A stretch of DNA of 63,989 bases, the filler included, from Catajapyx aquilonaris (lineage: Eukaryota), in assembly GCA_000934665.2 (NCBI GenBank). It is 3 parts of 3 records of this genome, joined end to end, with 100 filler letters (N's around TTAATTAATTAA, not from the genome) between each part and the next. Parts side by side here need not be neighbours in the genome. Positions count along the whole stretch, not along the records: positions 1 to 21,637 come from KZ539457.1; 2 more parts are not named here. One strand, given 5' to 3'. The notes under the pieces were generated by a model. It did no database searches. It was not told where the DNA came from and was given only the letters and a program-made list of their open reading frames with translations. The position numbers were made by a program, and so were the translations under genes. This document shows, piece by piece, positions 1-12,100 of this stretch (its first letter is position 1; every line of letters starts with the position of its first letter).

Positions 1-1069
1 GGTGCTTTAAAATGCAAAAAAAAAAAAAAATGTCAAGTTCTCTCCTTCAATTCATTTTATATAAAAAATTATATTTCAACTCTTTCAACTTATGGCCCTA
101 CCTGCAGGGCGGCCGCTATTAGGGTTTTCTGCCTAGTGGCAAATCCGGGGCTGGGAACCCCCCGACGAAATTTCTGAAAATTTTTATTAGGCTGTTTCGC
201 CTTTATTTTCTATAATTTTAGCCTATTTGAAAAATATTTATTGCAACATGCGGCCGCCCCTATGCAATTGCCTATTCCGCCAATGGTAAATACGTTACTG
301 CTTCCAGTCGCGTAAGTATTTATTATTAATTTTTCGTTTACTTATTTTTGTATGCCTAAATTTGCCGCCCTTTGAAATCTGCCGCCCTAGGCAACTGCGT
401 AGGTTGCCTTGCCGTAAATCCGGCGCTGACTACCGGGCATTCCTTTCCAAAAGTTATGCTCTTATAATGCTGTTATAAGGCAACAGAAAAGCCATCCGTG
501 ACGTACTGCCAAGATGCCACACGCAAATCTTTGGTGGCTTCGCAATCTGACAATTTATTGAATAACCATCACGCTCCTGTACGCCACTTTATGTGCAATT
601 TTTTTGCATATAGCGATGGGTTCAGAACTCGGTGTTGGTGGTACATAAGGTTGAAAAACAAAAATATGATAGCTCAACCTTGCACCCCATTGAGTTATAA
701 TAAGAGATCAGCTTTTGTGGCTGATAATTTCCCGTCATTTCTACCAAAATTAATGTGGCCCAGGCAGGAAAAATTTATTTGACTGATTTGGCATGACATA
801 CGCTCTCCGACACTATCATGCACGTTCATAAATAAGTAGAGACAGTAGAAATTGTCATAATGACAATCCGACAATTTTGCAAAAGTGATGCGATTGTCGC
901 GAAATTGATATAGTCACGTCATATGCTGAAGTTATGCCTAAATTCGGCATTGTCGATATCGACAATATGGACATAAATGGCTTCATTCCGACATTTTCGA
1001 CTCTTTCCAACATTTTGAGGATTTTCCCCCATACTTTTTTTAAAAAAAGAGCTTATTGACTCTCAGTCG

Positions 1070-1370
1070 TTGATGAAAAGTGTCCCGAGTTTTCAAGACG
1101 CAAGTGTAGAAGACGCTGTCCTTGGATTCAGAGAACTTGTAGACGTGGTCTGGTACAGGGATGTGCCTATGTTGGATGCCCTTTTGGCAATGAAGGAAGA
1201 GCATCCTGATTTTTGTGCACAAAGCCTTAAAGCGGTTTGGTTCCCCAATCCCACATCCAATGTGGACTGTGAAAGGTTTTTTTTCTACATTTTCAATGGT
1301 CCTGACCGACAAGCGGACAAATTTAACTCTGACTAACTTAGAAAAATAATACTTTCTGCTCTTGAATATG
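1070..1370 (+). mobile_element. Degenerate hAT-type transposase C-terminal (dimerisation) fragment
   Basis: AVWFPNPTSNVDCERFF resembles the hATC P.SS..CER.FS motif; frame broken downstream. Confidence 0.5.
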
Positions 1371-2515
1371 AAAATCCAAAATAAGGAAATAATTTATTTC
1401 CTTATGTTGGATTTTCATACAAATAAATACTTCTGTACCAAGAATTCATCTGTTCATTCCAACAATTTGAGCATTTCATTCCAACAATTCCTACTGTCCC
1501 TATAAATAAGTAAGAAAGCAGTTCTTATTCCAAAACTTTCGTAAGGGTGGGGACGGGGCGGGAAACAATGGCAGTAGCCGTATTCAACGATTCCATCTAA
1601 CTGAAAAGTGAAAGCTAAATTCAGTAAATTGCTGAGCCGATCGCAATAGCAGCTTCTTAGCAGTCTTCCCTAGAATGCAAGGCGATTGTGGTTCCCAATA
1701 ACTGTCGCGAAGATAACAGCACTGAGTTGCCTGTAATCCGTGATTCCGTAATAAATATCATCTGGAAGGCTAATTATTCTCGAAACATGTTGGCATAGCG
1801 TTATGGAATAGCCGTTATTGGTCGCGGTATTGGTCGCGGTTACTAATAGCTCTACGAGACCTCCCTCAATCGCAAATAACACCCAATTGCCCACTAGCGC
1901 CAACTGGCGGAATAGTTTGCGGCTGGCCAGCCCCATTGGCAGAGCAGCCTGCCGTCTCCATCTTTATGCTCGCGGGTGTACGTACCATGCTAGGGAATAA
2001 GAAGGGAAGGAGCAAGCCCAATGCATGGAGTTGTGGCATTCAAAAATAATTGCAGTGTCTTAAATTGTCTTCTGAGACAAACTGCTACAACGAATTCCAC
2101 AAATACATTTAAAAAACATTGTTTGGAGGGTAGAGACCATGTTTGTGATCCATTCAGTGGCATTTAAATTCAGCTTACATCCGTTCTGCTTTTGTTGCAG
2201 CAATTGGGTCCTAATGTTCTCATTGGTTGTTTGTCATTATTTTTGTCAATATTTTAGAACTATAATTTTCCCCCCTTTTCTTATTGGGAAAATGTTCAGA
2301 AAATGCAATAGGAACTGACATTGCATCACTCTGTTCTTCTCGGGTCTCGGAAGGATATTACAGCGGCTCATTTTCATTTCATCTGAATGACCCGCATAAA
2401 GGTGTTTCCTGTAACTCTGTAAAGACTTGCAGAAGCAATAGAGGGGACCAAGATAAGTATTTTTCACATAGGAACCTGTATACGGTAATGCCATCTAGAG
2501 AGGGTTCATAAACTA

Positions 2516-2716
2516 GGAACGGGTGCTCTCAGACGCCTCAGGCGCTATGCAAGCAGACCGTTTAGTTGCTAGGTGGTATGCAGATAGTAAACAACAGCGC
2601 AATTTGCAATAACCTGGCAACAACAGAGTCGTTGTTTACTATCCCCAGGCTACCTATCTACTAACCGGTTCGCTCGTTAGCGCCTCCCTCTTGATGCGTC
2701 TGAGAGCACCCGTTCC
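2516..2716. mobile_element. Palindromic MITE
   Basis: ggaacgggtgctctcagacgc ... gcgtctgagagcacccgttcc with complementary interior. Confidence 0.75.
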
Positions 2717-2986
2717 CCGGGTGGTTTAGTCTATTGGAAATACCACCCGAGACGAAGTCAGAGATGGCCTTAAACACTGCATGAGATGAAGGGGGTGTCC
2801 CCATGCAGGATTTAATCCCGGGACCTTAACATCCCTGGGCATTGGATTTTTTGGTGAACAAAAGACAGGCTGCTGCACTGGCTGACCATGTAGCATTTTT
2901 TCACATGGGTAAGGGGGGGAAATTAAATTGTACTCCTGCCTGCAGTTAATTGAACAAATATTAACTGGTATTATTTTCACTTTCAG

Positions 2987-3158
2987 CAAGGGCAATTTGA
3001 GGAGCTAGGGGATGACAGCATTGTTCCAAGCACCCCAACATTGTATGTTCCTTGCCGCAGTGATGGTTTTGCTGAAGCAGTGAGCTCTCCGCAAGTTCCT
3101 CAGGGTCGATTTGTGTTCAGCTCCACTGTTGATACCCCTACAGCAGTAGCTTCCTCTG
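2987..3158 (+). CDS. Tpr: TPR exon ([26 protein letters not shown])
   Basis: tttcag acceptor and G|gtgagt donor; 172 nt, ends in phase 1; hallmark TPR tail motif. Confidence 0.9.
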
Positions 3159-6100
3159 GTGAGTCATAATGCAGCTTCAGTATTATAAAATTGTGGTTGA
3201 AATAAATGCAGAATTGGAATATCAACGTAGGTATTTTTCTTTTTAAATTACCGTATTTACTCGCATATAAGACGCACCTTTTTTCCGATTTTTGTAGCTC
3301 AAAAAGTAGGGTGCGTCTTATACGCATGTGCGTCTTATACGGCAGGGCACAACGGGTGAAACCCATGAGAAATCGTGAAAATCGTTTATTGAAAAATTTA
3401 AGCTTGTCGGTTTGATGTCCTGTCAGCACAGTTGATCACTTTCCTCTTGAAATCGGCACGGTACGACCTGCGTTTCTCCTTCACTTCCATTGTTATGCTG
3501 TCCCCGTCCACACACGTGCACAATTCCGGTGTGACCTTGCCACCTATACGTTTCAGATGCGTAGCATTGTCCCATTTTCCACTTGCTCCCCCCCCTTACT
3601 GGANCCCCCCCATTTTACTGGATTCTAATGGATTCCACACGCACATGCATTGCACACGAGGTTGCTGCCGGCAGCTCGAGGCCAGTTCCCAAACTACGGC
3701 AATAAATCTGGGTGCGTCTTATATGAGTCAACAACCGATTTTCCACGATTTTTCGCCTCAAAACCGGGGTGCGTCTTATACGCGTGTGCGTCTTATATGC
3801 GCGTAAATACGGTAAGATGACAATATATTTGTTGCATTTATCTTGTAAGACTCAAGTCAAGGAGTAGGACACATTTGTTCTGTGTTGGTGACAGGACTCA
3901 GTATTTTCCGAGTTGTCTTGTTTTCTCCCATTATCGATCCATCAGCAGTGAGGCAATTAATTGAAGATTGGTATTTAAAAGGGGAACCATTCCAGCCAAT
4001 TACTGTATATGCCAACTCAAAACAGTTGCAGCTTGTTTTAACACATTTTTTATGACCCAGCCTTCAGTTTTAGCAGGTGGGAGCACGGTCTAATGTCCGA
4101 TTGCACCAACGGAAATTACCTATCCGATAGCTCCTAATCAATCTATTTATTTAACCTCCCTATTTTAATACAGGGGATAGCTCCTAATGGATCGTTAGGA
4201 GCCCTTTTAACTTGTGCTAACAATCTGTTAGGCACTATCGAATTAGTAATTTCGTTGGTGCAATCGGTCATGAGAATACTAAGGCCTGGGAACCCTCTCT
4301 TCTCTTCCACCCCCTCCCCCTGCCTTTATATATCAAGAAACAATTCTGGGTGCGTTTCTGTCCGGACTAAAAGTGCTGTGTCGCAAAGGCAAGAATAAAG
4401 GATATGCATGTATCTGCTGAAGGTAGGTCTGTATTGGCTGAAGATAGGTCTGTATCCGCAAGGAAGGAAGGTTAGGCTTGGTTAGGTTAGGTTGGTACAG
4501 CATACCTCTTCCAAAATCCAAAAAATCAATCCTTGCATCCTTGCCTTTGCGACACAGCCAAGCTGCTCCCACCCAGCCCTTACCGAAATTTTCTCTACCT
4601 CGCGGCGAGGTCGTCAGACGAGCTTATGGCCACCCAACCGCATACTAGCGGTTGTTTCATTTCGCTATGTCGCGGGCGAAGTCGCGGCGAGGTGGTCGCA
4701 AGGTGGCGGTGGCGAGGTGGTCGCGAGGTGCCCACCTCGCGACCACCTTGCCAGCCGAGGTAGTCGCGAGGTACCCACCACGCGACCACCTCGCCACTAT
4801 ATTGATATTATATATAAATTAATTTCAGTAAGGGGACCTCGTCATGACGAGCTAGCCGCTACTTGGCGCCGAGCAAGTCACACTGGGGATGGGGAAGTGG
4901 CTTTTTCGCTTTTTATTATTCTCTTCTTCGCATGGTTGGTTGCTTGGTTTTCGTGGAAGTGCGGAGGTGCCCGGCTTGTATGGCTCTTTCATACCGCGGA
5001 TTGTCCTGCTCGCACCAAACAGCATTGCCATCGAATGACTCGAGCAAATTAATGTCACAATGAAGTACCTCGGGGGTAAATGAGCCGCATGCAGTGGAGT
5101 AGCCTGCCACCTTTGCACATGGGTAATGGCCAAAATTAATTCGCATTGTTGTGGGATGAATCGGTGCAACGATACACCGACGGCAGCGCCATCTCCAAGC
5201 GGGAAGCTGCCCCACATTCGAATAAATTGCTTGGCGCCAAGTAGCGGCTAGCTCGTCATGACGAGGTCAGAAATATAGACTTGACCTCGCGGAATGACTT
5301 GCTCGGCGCCAAGTAGCGGCTAGCTCGTCATGACGAGGTCAGGAGAATATTTTAACAGCCGCGAGGTCCCGTGACGTGGCGGCTATCCTGAGGCGAGCTC
5401 GCCAGCTTCTGGCGACCTAGCGGCAAGCTCGCGGCTAGGTTAAATTTCGGTAAGGGACCACTCACGCTGCCACCTCCCGCACGCCAGTAAGGCCTACTCT
5501 TTCCAGTGAAAGAGACTGGGAGGAGCAGAAGGATAGTCTATGACAGGGGTTCCAAACCTTTTTGCACCCGCGACCCCCCAAATCACCTAAAATTGCTCCA
5601 CGGCCCCCCTTGCAATTTAACATACATAAATCTTTAATGAAGCAGCCAAACAATACAAGAAATTTCCCCACAATATTAATACAAAACTCCAAATATGGTA
5701 CTATGCCTCTCACTCCCCCTTGGGGGGCCATGTCCCAGGTTGGGAACCCCTGGTCTATGACATCGCATTACACCCATCACTCCCAAGAGTCATGCTCCCT
5801 CTCCTAGGAAAAGAGAATGGGCTGAATGGCACAAGGCTGAGGCGAGGGTGAATTGAGCCAGATGGGGAGGCCGGGACAGTTGTTCTCAGGGAGAGTAAGA
5901 CTGGGGGACAATGGGAGGCTGGCCAGACAGGGAGAGGATTCAGACTGTCGATGAGCTGATGGGAGAACTGAGAATGTGCCAAACAAATAATGAGAGTCTT
6001 GGCATGCAGGAAATACTGATCTGGTGCCTCAATAATGATATGACAGTCCCCTCAGGTCCTCATTTCTGGAGGCGCCTGGAAAAGAGAGATTCCAGTGGGA

Positions 6101-9100
6101 CATTGCAGCCCAGGAACAAACCTGTTGGGTGGGGTTTAGCTTCTACAGGACTGCCTGTAGTTTCTTTATTCTGTGTAATGGGACAGATTCAGCAGAGCCG
6201 CCGCACTCCCACCAGGTGGGATTTGGCTGCCCTTGAATTTTCAAGAATTTCTTGCGGAAATTCGATAAGGGGAGTAAATGAATGCTGTTTTCAGGGGAGC
6301 TGTAGATGGCCGAGATGGTAACATGTCGGCTTGCTGAATGAAAGGTCCCAGGTTCGATCCTCGCCTGGCAACCTAACCTCCTGGGGAACAGCACATGACC
6401 CGCAATTGAGACAATGCACTTGCACCCATGTTCCCTCCACAAAAATCCCTATCCTTGCCCAATCTCCTTGATTCCCTGCACCGGAGTGAAGTTAACTCAG
6501 AAAATTGAGGAAAAATGGTGGTGTACCCTGCTCCTATAGAAGCCGTAAGGGTAATCACGAGGTACAATAAATATAAATAAAATAAAAATAAATTCAAAAT
6601 AAATTAATGCTGTTTTCGGCATATTCACAAGCAAGCCAGGGAGAACTCACCACAAAAATTACATGCTCTAGTGTTTATTATTACGTTACGATATAACGTC
6701 CTCCTCGGGTGGCCATATTAGGGAAAGTTCTATGCGAAATGATAGAGATTGTATGAAGCCTAGCTCAATTCTGGGAATTTAGCAGTTAATTAGATCAGTT
6801 TCTAAGATATATTTTGCATATAATTAATCATTCTTTGAACCCGTATACTTCACCGCTACTTTTTTCCGACCCCAGAGTAGATCCATAGTTATAGTTATAG
6901 CTGTTCTGCTATGCACGGCGTAGACTGTGGGAGCGGTGCAGTAGATGTGGCGGGAGCAAACTTTCAGTGCGGTTCGAATGATATAGTCGGCATGGGGCTA
7001 GCACATCAGGTTGGTGAGAGATTGAATTTTTTAAATATGATGAAGTTGTTAATGAGTAATTGATGAGTCATACGGGGGAGGTGGCGGCGGCCAGATGGTT
7101 AACTGGCCCTTCCTTTATGTAATTACTCCTCTCACGATGATTTGGTCCATTAGACTGTTCCTGCTCCTGATTCCCCAAAGAAACAAATCAAGTTTCAGAA
7201 AAATACTGCAACATTCCCCTGTCACTTCAACCTGCAAAGAATGTCATAGAAGATGTAATCCTTTGCAAAGCAATCGGGTATGCTGCTAGTTTGTTATAAT
7301 GGAAAGACATTCAACACTTAGGATACAGTATAATACTTAACCTTTATCAGATACAAAAAGATGTTGCATTTGCTTTCCGGAAGTCTCTTTAAAAATACAG
7401 GGGGATTCTTTTAAAACCGAACCCTGAATTTCTGTTATATCTCGAAAATGTGTTGACGGAAATTGATGAAATGTTCATGACACGTACCTCCAACGATGTT
7501 GCACAGATGACATCGCAACAGTTCTGGAATTCGCCGCCAGATGGCGGCAGTATCGCTACAGATCAAAAAACTGTGCAAATGTTTTTTTTGTTTTTGTTTA
7601 CCCCGTGATGTCCCTTATGGGATCTATAGGGGGTGTGGCACACCACCATCAGTTTCCTATGTATTTTTTTTTCAGCTTCTTTCTCCGGTGCAAGGAAACA
7701 GGAACATTGGGAAAGGACTAGCGCAAAAAATTAAAATGTAACAACTGTGCTGGTGTCCCCCCCCCCCCCTACAGGGGAAGCTAGGCATATCTGGGTTAAT
7801 TGATACCACCAGCTCTCAAAAGGAGGCATTATCTGCTATTTTTCCATCGAGATTAAAATGAAAATTATATAGGCCTTTGTGGCCATTTGAAATGTGTAAA
7901 TTTCCAATTTCAAACCTAGATGTTCGTAACTTTGAAGGGATAAGAAAAAATTGAAGACGTCACTTGCCAAAGGGCCCAAGTCCCCAAAGGATGAGGTACA
8001 AAATATACGGGCGAGTGGCCTTCCGTTCGATTTGCCTGAAAATTGGATATGTTGTGGCCCAGGCCATCCTGATCAATGTTAGATAGGGACATTTCGAGGT
8101 AGGACCTACAGGGAGCGTGCTATTGACCTCCGAAGGTCATATGGGATATGCTGTGGTTTTCCGTTCGATTTGGCTGAAAATTGGATACTCGCCCATATAT
8201 TTTGTGCCTCATCCTTTCAAAAAACCGTTATATTGTGGATTCCTACTCTTGGAGTCGGGCCTCACAGCCCTGGTGAAGATGAAGGGCCCAAGTCAATCAA
8301 AAGTGCCTTAAAATTGAATGTGATAATTTGCGGTCCATTGCCTACTACTGGACTTGGGCCCTTTGGCAACTGACTGGCCGCACATCACATTGTGATCAAT
8401 GTTAATAATAATTAACATAGGATGGAAATAATACTGGTCACATCTTTCTTTGTAATACCACTTTATGAATATGACGTGTTCAGATTGACAGGCATGACTA
8501 TACCAGTGAAATTTGCAAAGGGAAATGTTGGTGCAGGCATTCACTTACCAAAGGGCTCAACTCCACTGATTCTGACCTTCAATAGACTCTGACCTATTGC
8601 TTGCTAGTAGATGATGTCTATGCCACTAGGTGTGTATAATGTTGCCCTATTAGCATCATAAACCACGAAACTGTAAAAGGAGCAATTACGCATATGTGCA
8701 GTTTTTAGTCTCTCCTGAGAAATTTTACACAATTGAAGATGTCAGCTGCCAAAGGGTCCATGTTGGACCCTTTAGGCAGCTGACATCTTCAATTGTGTTT
8801 CAGTTTTTCACCTCATGTTATTGTGAGTAACCTCCAGTATAAATTATTGCAGTTTATGCCAAAATCTATCACGAAAGGTATCCTTTGCCATCTTAGAGGT
8901 TATAACAGATATTTTGGGAGATTGACTGCACCCCGTTGCAAGCATAATTATGGAGATATGGACTGGGTCAGGAGCTGCAACATGTTCAGCGTAAAACTGG
9001 GGAAGTCTGCCCCAACATGAAAATGTGCTGTTGTATGGGTCGAGTACATCAACATTTTGACATCCTCTATTGTGTATTTTCGTTGAAGCACATACAATAA

Positions 9101-12100
9101 TGATTTTACAAGGAACTTGTCAGAGCTCCTGCTGAAGTCGGTGTCCATCGTCATGCTCATGACTGTACCTTTATGAAGCACTGCATAACTTACAAGGGAA
9201 TGGTCAGGGTCGACCACCTCCAATTTGGTTGAAACTGGCTTGAGGGGTCATCCATGTGCGATAGACACAGTGGTGAAAGTTTTAGCTGACACTGTCCAGC
9301 CATTTCTGAGAGATGAGCGACAGAAACATCCGAATTTTGGCCGCGTGCATTTGCCGGGAGCCGCTCTGCCAGCTCCAAATCCTGTCTTCCCCCGCCCCCT
9401 TTACCCACTTTTTTCGATCCCACACCACCATCCCCCACTCCCCCACCAACATTTTCGTTTTCCATAGTTTCTTTGCTCCGGCATTTATTATGAGTTTTCC
9501 CATTACCCATTACCCAATTTTAGGTATAGAAGCTCTTTATTCGCAGTTGACAGAAGCGAAAGAAAGCAGCTTGATGGTCTCATAATAAATACCGGAGCAA
9601 AGAAACTATGGAAAACGAAAATGTTGGTGGGGCAGTGGGGGATGGTGGTGTGGGATCGAAAAAAGTGGGGCGAATCAAGGTAGAAGGGATTTGGAGCTGG
9701 CAGAGCGGCTCCCGGCAAATGCGCGCGGCCAAAATTCGGATGTTTCTGTCGCTCATATCTCGGAAACGGCTGGACGTTGCGAGCTAACACTTTCACCACT
9801 GTGTCTATCGCACATGAATGACCCCTCAAGCCAGTTTCAACCAAATCGGAGGTGGTCGACCCTGACCGTTCCCTTGTTAGTAATAACTATCACCCTGTAT
9901 ATTTAAGTTCTTAATTTGGTTATGGCTTAAATCATGAACAACTAATGCCAAGTAAGCCAATGGAATCAATGATCGCCACAAACTTACGGCAATCACTGCA
10001 CCTTGCAGGATTAGCACAGCTGGCCTCACAAGGGATGGATGACACAAGGATGGACCTGTCTCAGTTAGATGAGGGCGGGACAGGACGGAGTGTTCCTACT
10101 ACCCCTCTGCAAGTGTCACCTCCAAGTACGTACAACTGCATGGTGATGACTGGCTCGTATTACATGCATTTTTCTTATTGCTGTAGGTGAGTCCATTCCT
10201 GCGGAGGCATCTGATTCAACCAAACAAAGTGGCCCAAGCAGTTCATCCTCACAGCAGGAAGTGCCTTCAGAGAGTGGTGTGGAAGTAATGGGCAGCACTG
10301 GTGAGGCTACTGCTAGAACTGGCTTAAGTGGAGATGTACCGTCCATAACTGTCACCCCAGTTGATACTGGTGGATCATCGGATGTACCAGATGACCAACA
10401 AGGTGACTTGGCCCAACTTGATGATGCTGCAGGTAAGAGTATGATGGTACAGTAAAACCCTGATTATCCATCACCCACGGGTCTGGGGCATTGTCAGATA
10501 ACGGTAAAGGTAAGATAATTATTATTATCCTTTTTGTTGTGTTTTTCTTTGCTCCTCTGATTATAATCAGAGGAGCAAAGGAAAACTCACCAAAAAGCAT
10601 TAACCGTTTGTCTCCCTCAGCCATGTTGGTTGTATGATCATATGACCACATATACTTGCCCTAAGTCATAATTATTTGGCCACCCCCCAAAGAAATGGGA
10701 GTGGTGGGGTTATACACAAGATGTGATAACAAGTTTCCATTAAGATTATCTGGACTTTAGAATGGATAATTATGAATAGTAACAATTGAGCTAGGAGGAT
10801 ACCAAATTTGAAGTTAATTTGACAGTTAACAACTGAAATAAATACGATTATACCTTGGACAGTGAATTTCTGTGGGGTCTGGTAAAAATTGCTGCCACTA
10901 TGTTTATTTCTTACTTAGCGGGATGTAAATGCTGATAATGAACCTCAGGGGCCACACAAACCCAAAAACTGTATTGAAATTAATTGCAAAAAATCTACCA
11001 CGGAATTAAACAATATTTATCGTAAGTGGATTTTTTCAGAAATTGATACCCTTGGCTGTACCACATTTAACGGTGTTATTTATTAATAAATTAAAATGTG
11101 ATAGTATTGTTTATCTAGAACTCAGTCCAATGTGCTACGATAAAAAATTTCAAATCAATTAAAATAAAATGGCTTTAAATATTCCTTAATTCAAAAATTC
11201 ACAGAAAATTTCATATATGCAAGCCATGATAAATGTTTTCTAATTCTGTGGTAGATTTTTTGTAATTAATGTCAATACAGTTTTTGGGTTTGTGTGGCCC
11301 CTGAGGTTCATTATCAACATTTACATCCCACTAAGTAAGAAATAAACATAGTGGCAGCAATTTTTACCAGACCCCACAGAAATTCACTGTCCAAGGTATA
11401 ATCGTATTTATTTCAGTTGTTAACTGTCAAATTAACTTCAAATTTGGTATCCTCCTAGCTCAATTGTTACTATTCACAATTATCCATTCTAAAGTCCAGA
11501 TAATCTTAATGGAAACTTTTTATCACATCTTGTGTATAACCCCACCACTCCCATTTCTTTGGGGGGTGGCCAAATAATTATGACTTAGGGCCGGTTTCAC
11601 CGAGCTCAGTATATGATAAAACCAGGGTATTTCTCAAAATCCCTATCTATTTGTATGGATTTTCCTAAAGAAACCTGGTTTTATCATATACCAAGCTCGG
11701 TGAAACCGGCCCTTAGGGCAAGTAATATACAGGGTCCACAATGAACCTCCCTAGTTTCAAAGAGCAGTAAAAAATAGAAATGCAGTAGATCTTGTGGGAG
11801 CAGCTGTTCAATGCGGTTCGAATGATATAGGCTGCATTGGTCTAACACGTCGGGTTGGTGAGTTATTTAATTTTTGAAATATGATTGTCATGCATGAGTC
11901 ATGCAGGGGGAGTAGTGGCTCTCAAAGAGTTAAAAATTAACTAAGGCAATACTATACAAATGATTAGTAGGCCTACATTACAAAACAGTATTTGATGAGA
12001 CAATATTCATTTATTGCTTTAGTGGGACGGTCGTCTACACCGAGGGGTCGGATAAACAGGCTTCTACTATGATGATGATGATGATAATAATAGTAGTAGT

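Noticed and set aside
4492..5217. 186-aa and overlapping ORFs
   Set aside because: They lie within a GC-rich non-autonomous transposon with subterminal repeats; no recognisable domain.
5225..5345. Direct repeats (ggcgccaagtagcggctagctcgtcatgacgaggtcag) resembling a CRISPR array
   Set aside because: Only two direct copies plus one inverted copy, inside a TIR element in eukaryotic DNA; no cas genes.
9225..9844. Mirror-image ORFs (MVETGLRGH...) on opposite strands
   Set aside because: By-product of the foldback element's inverted arms; no protein similarity or splice context.
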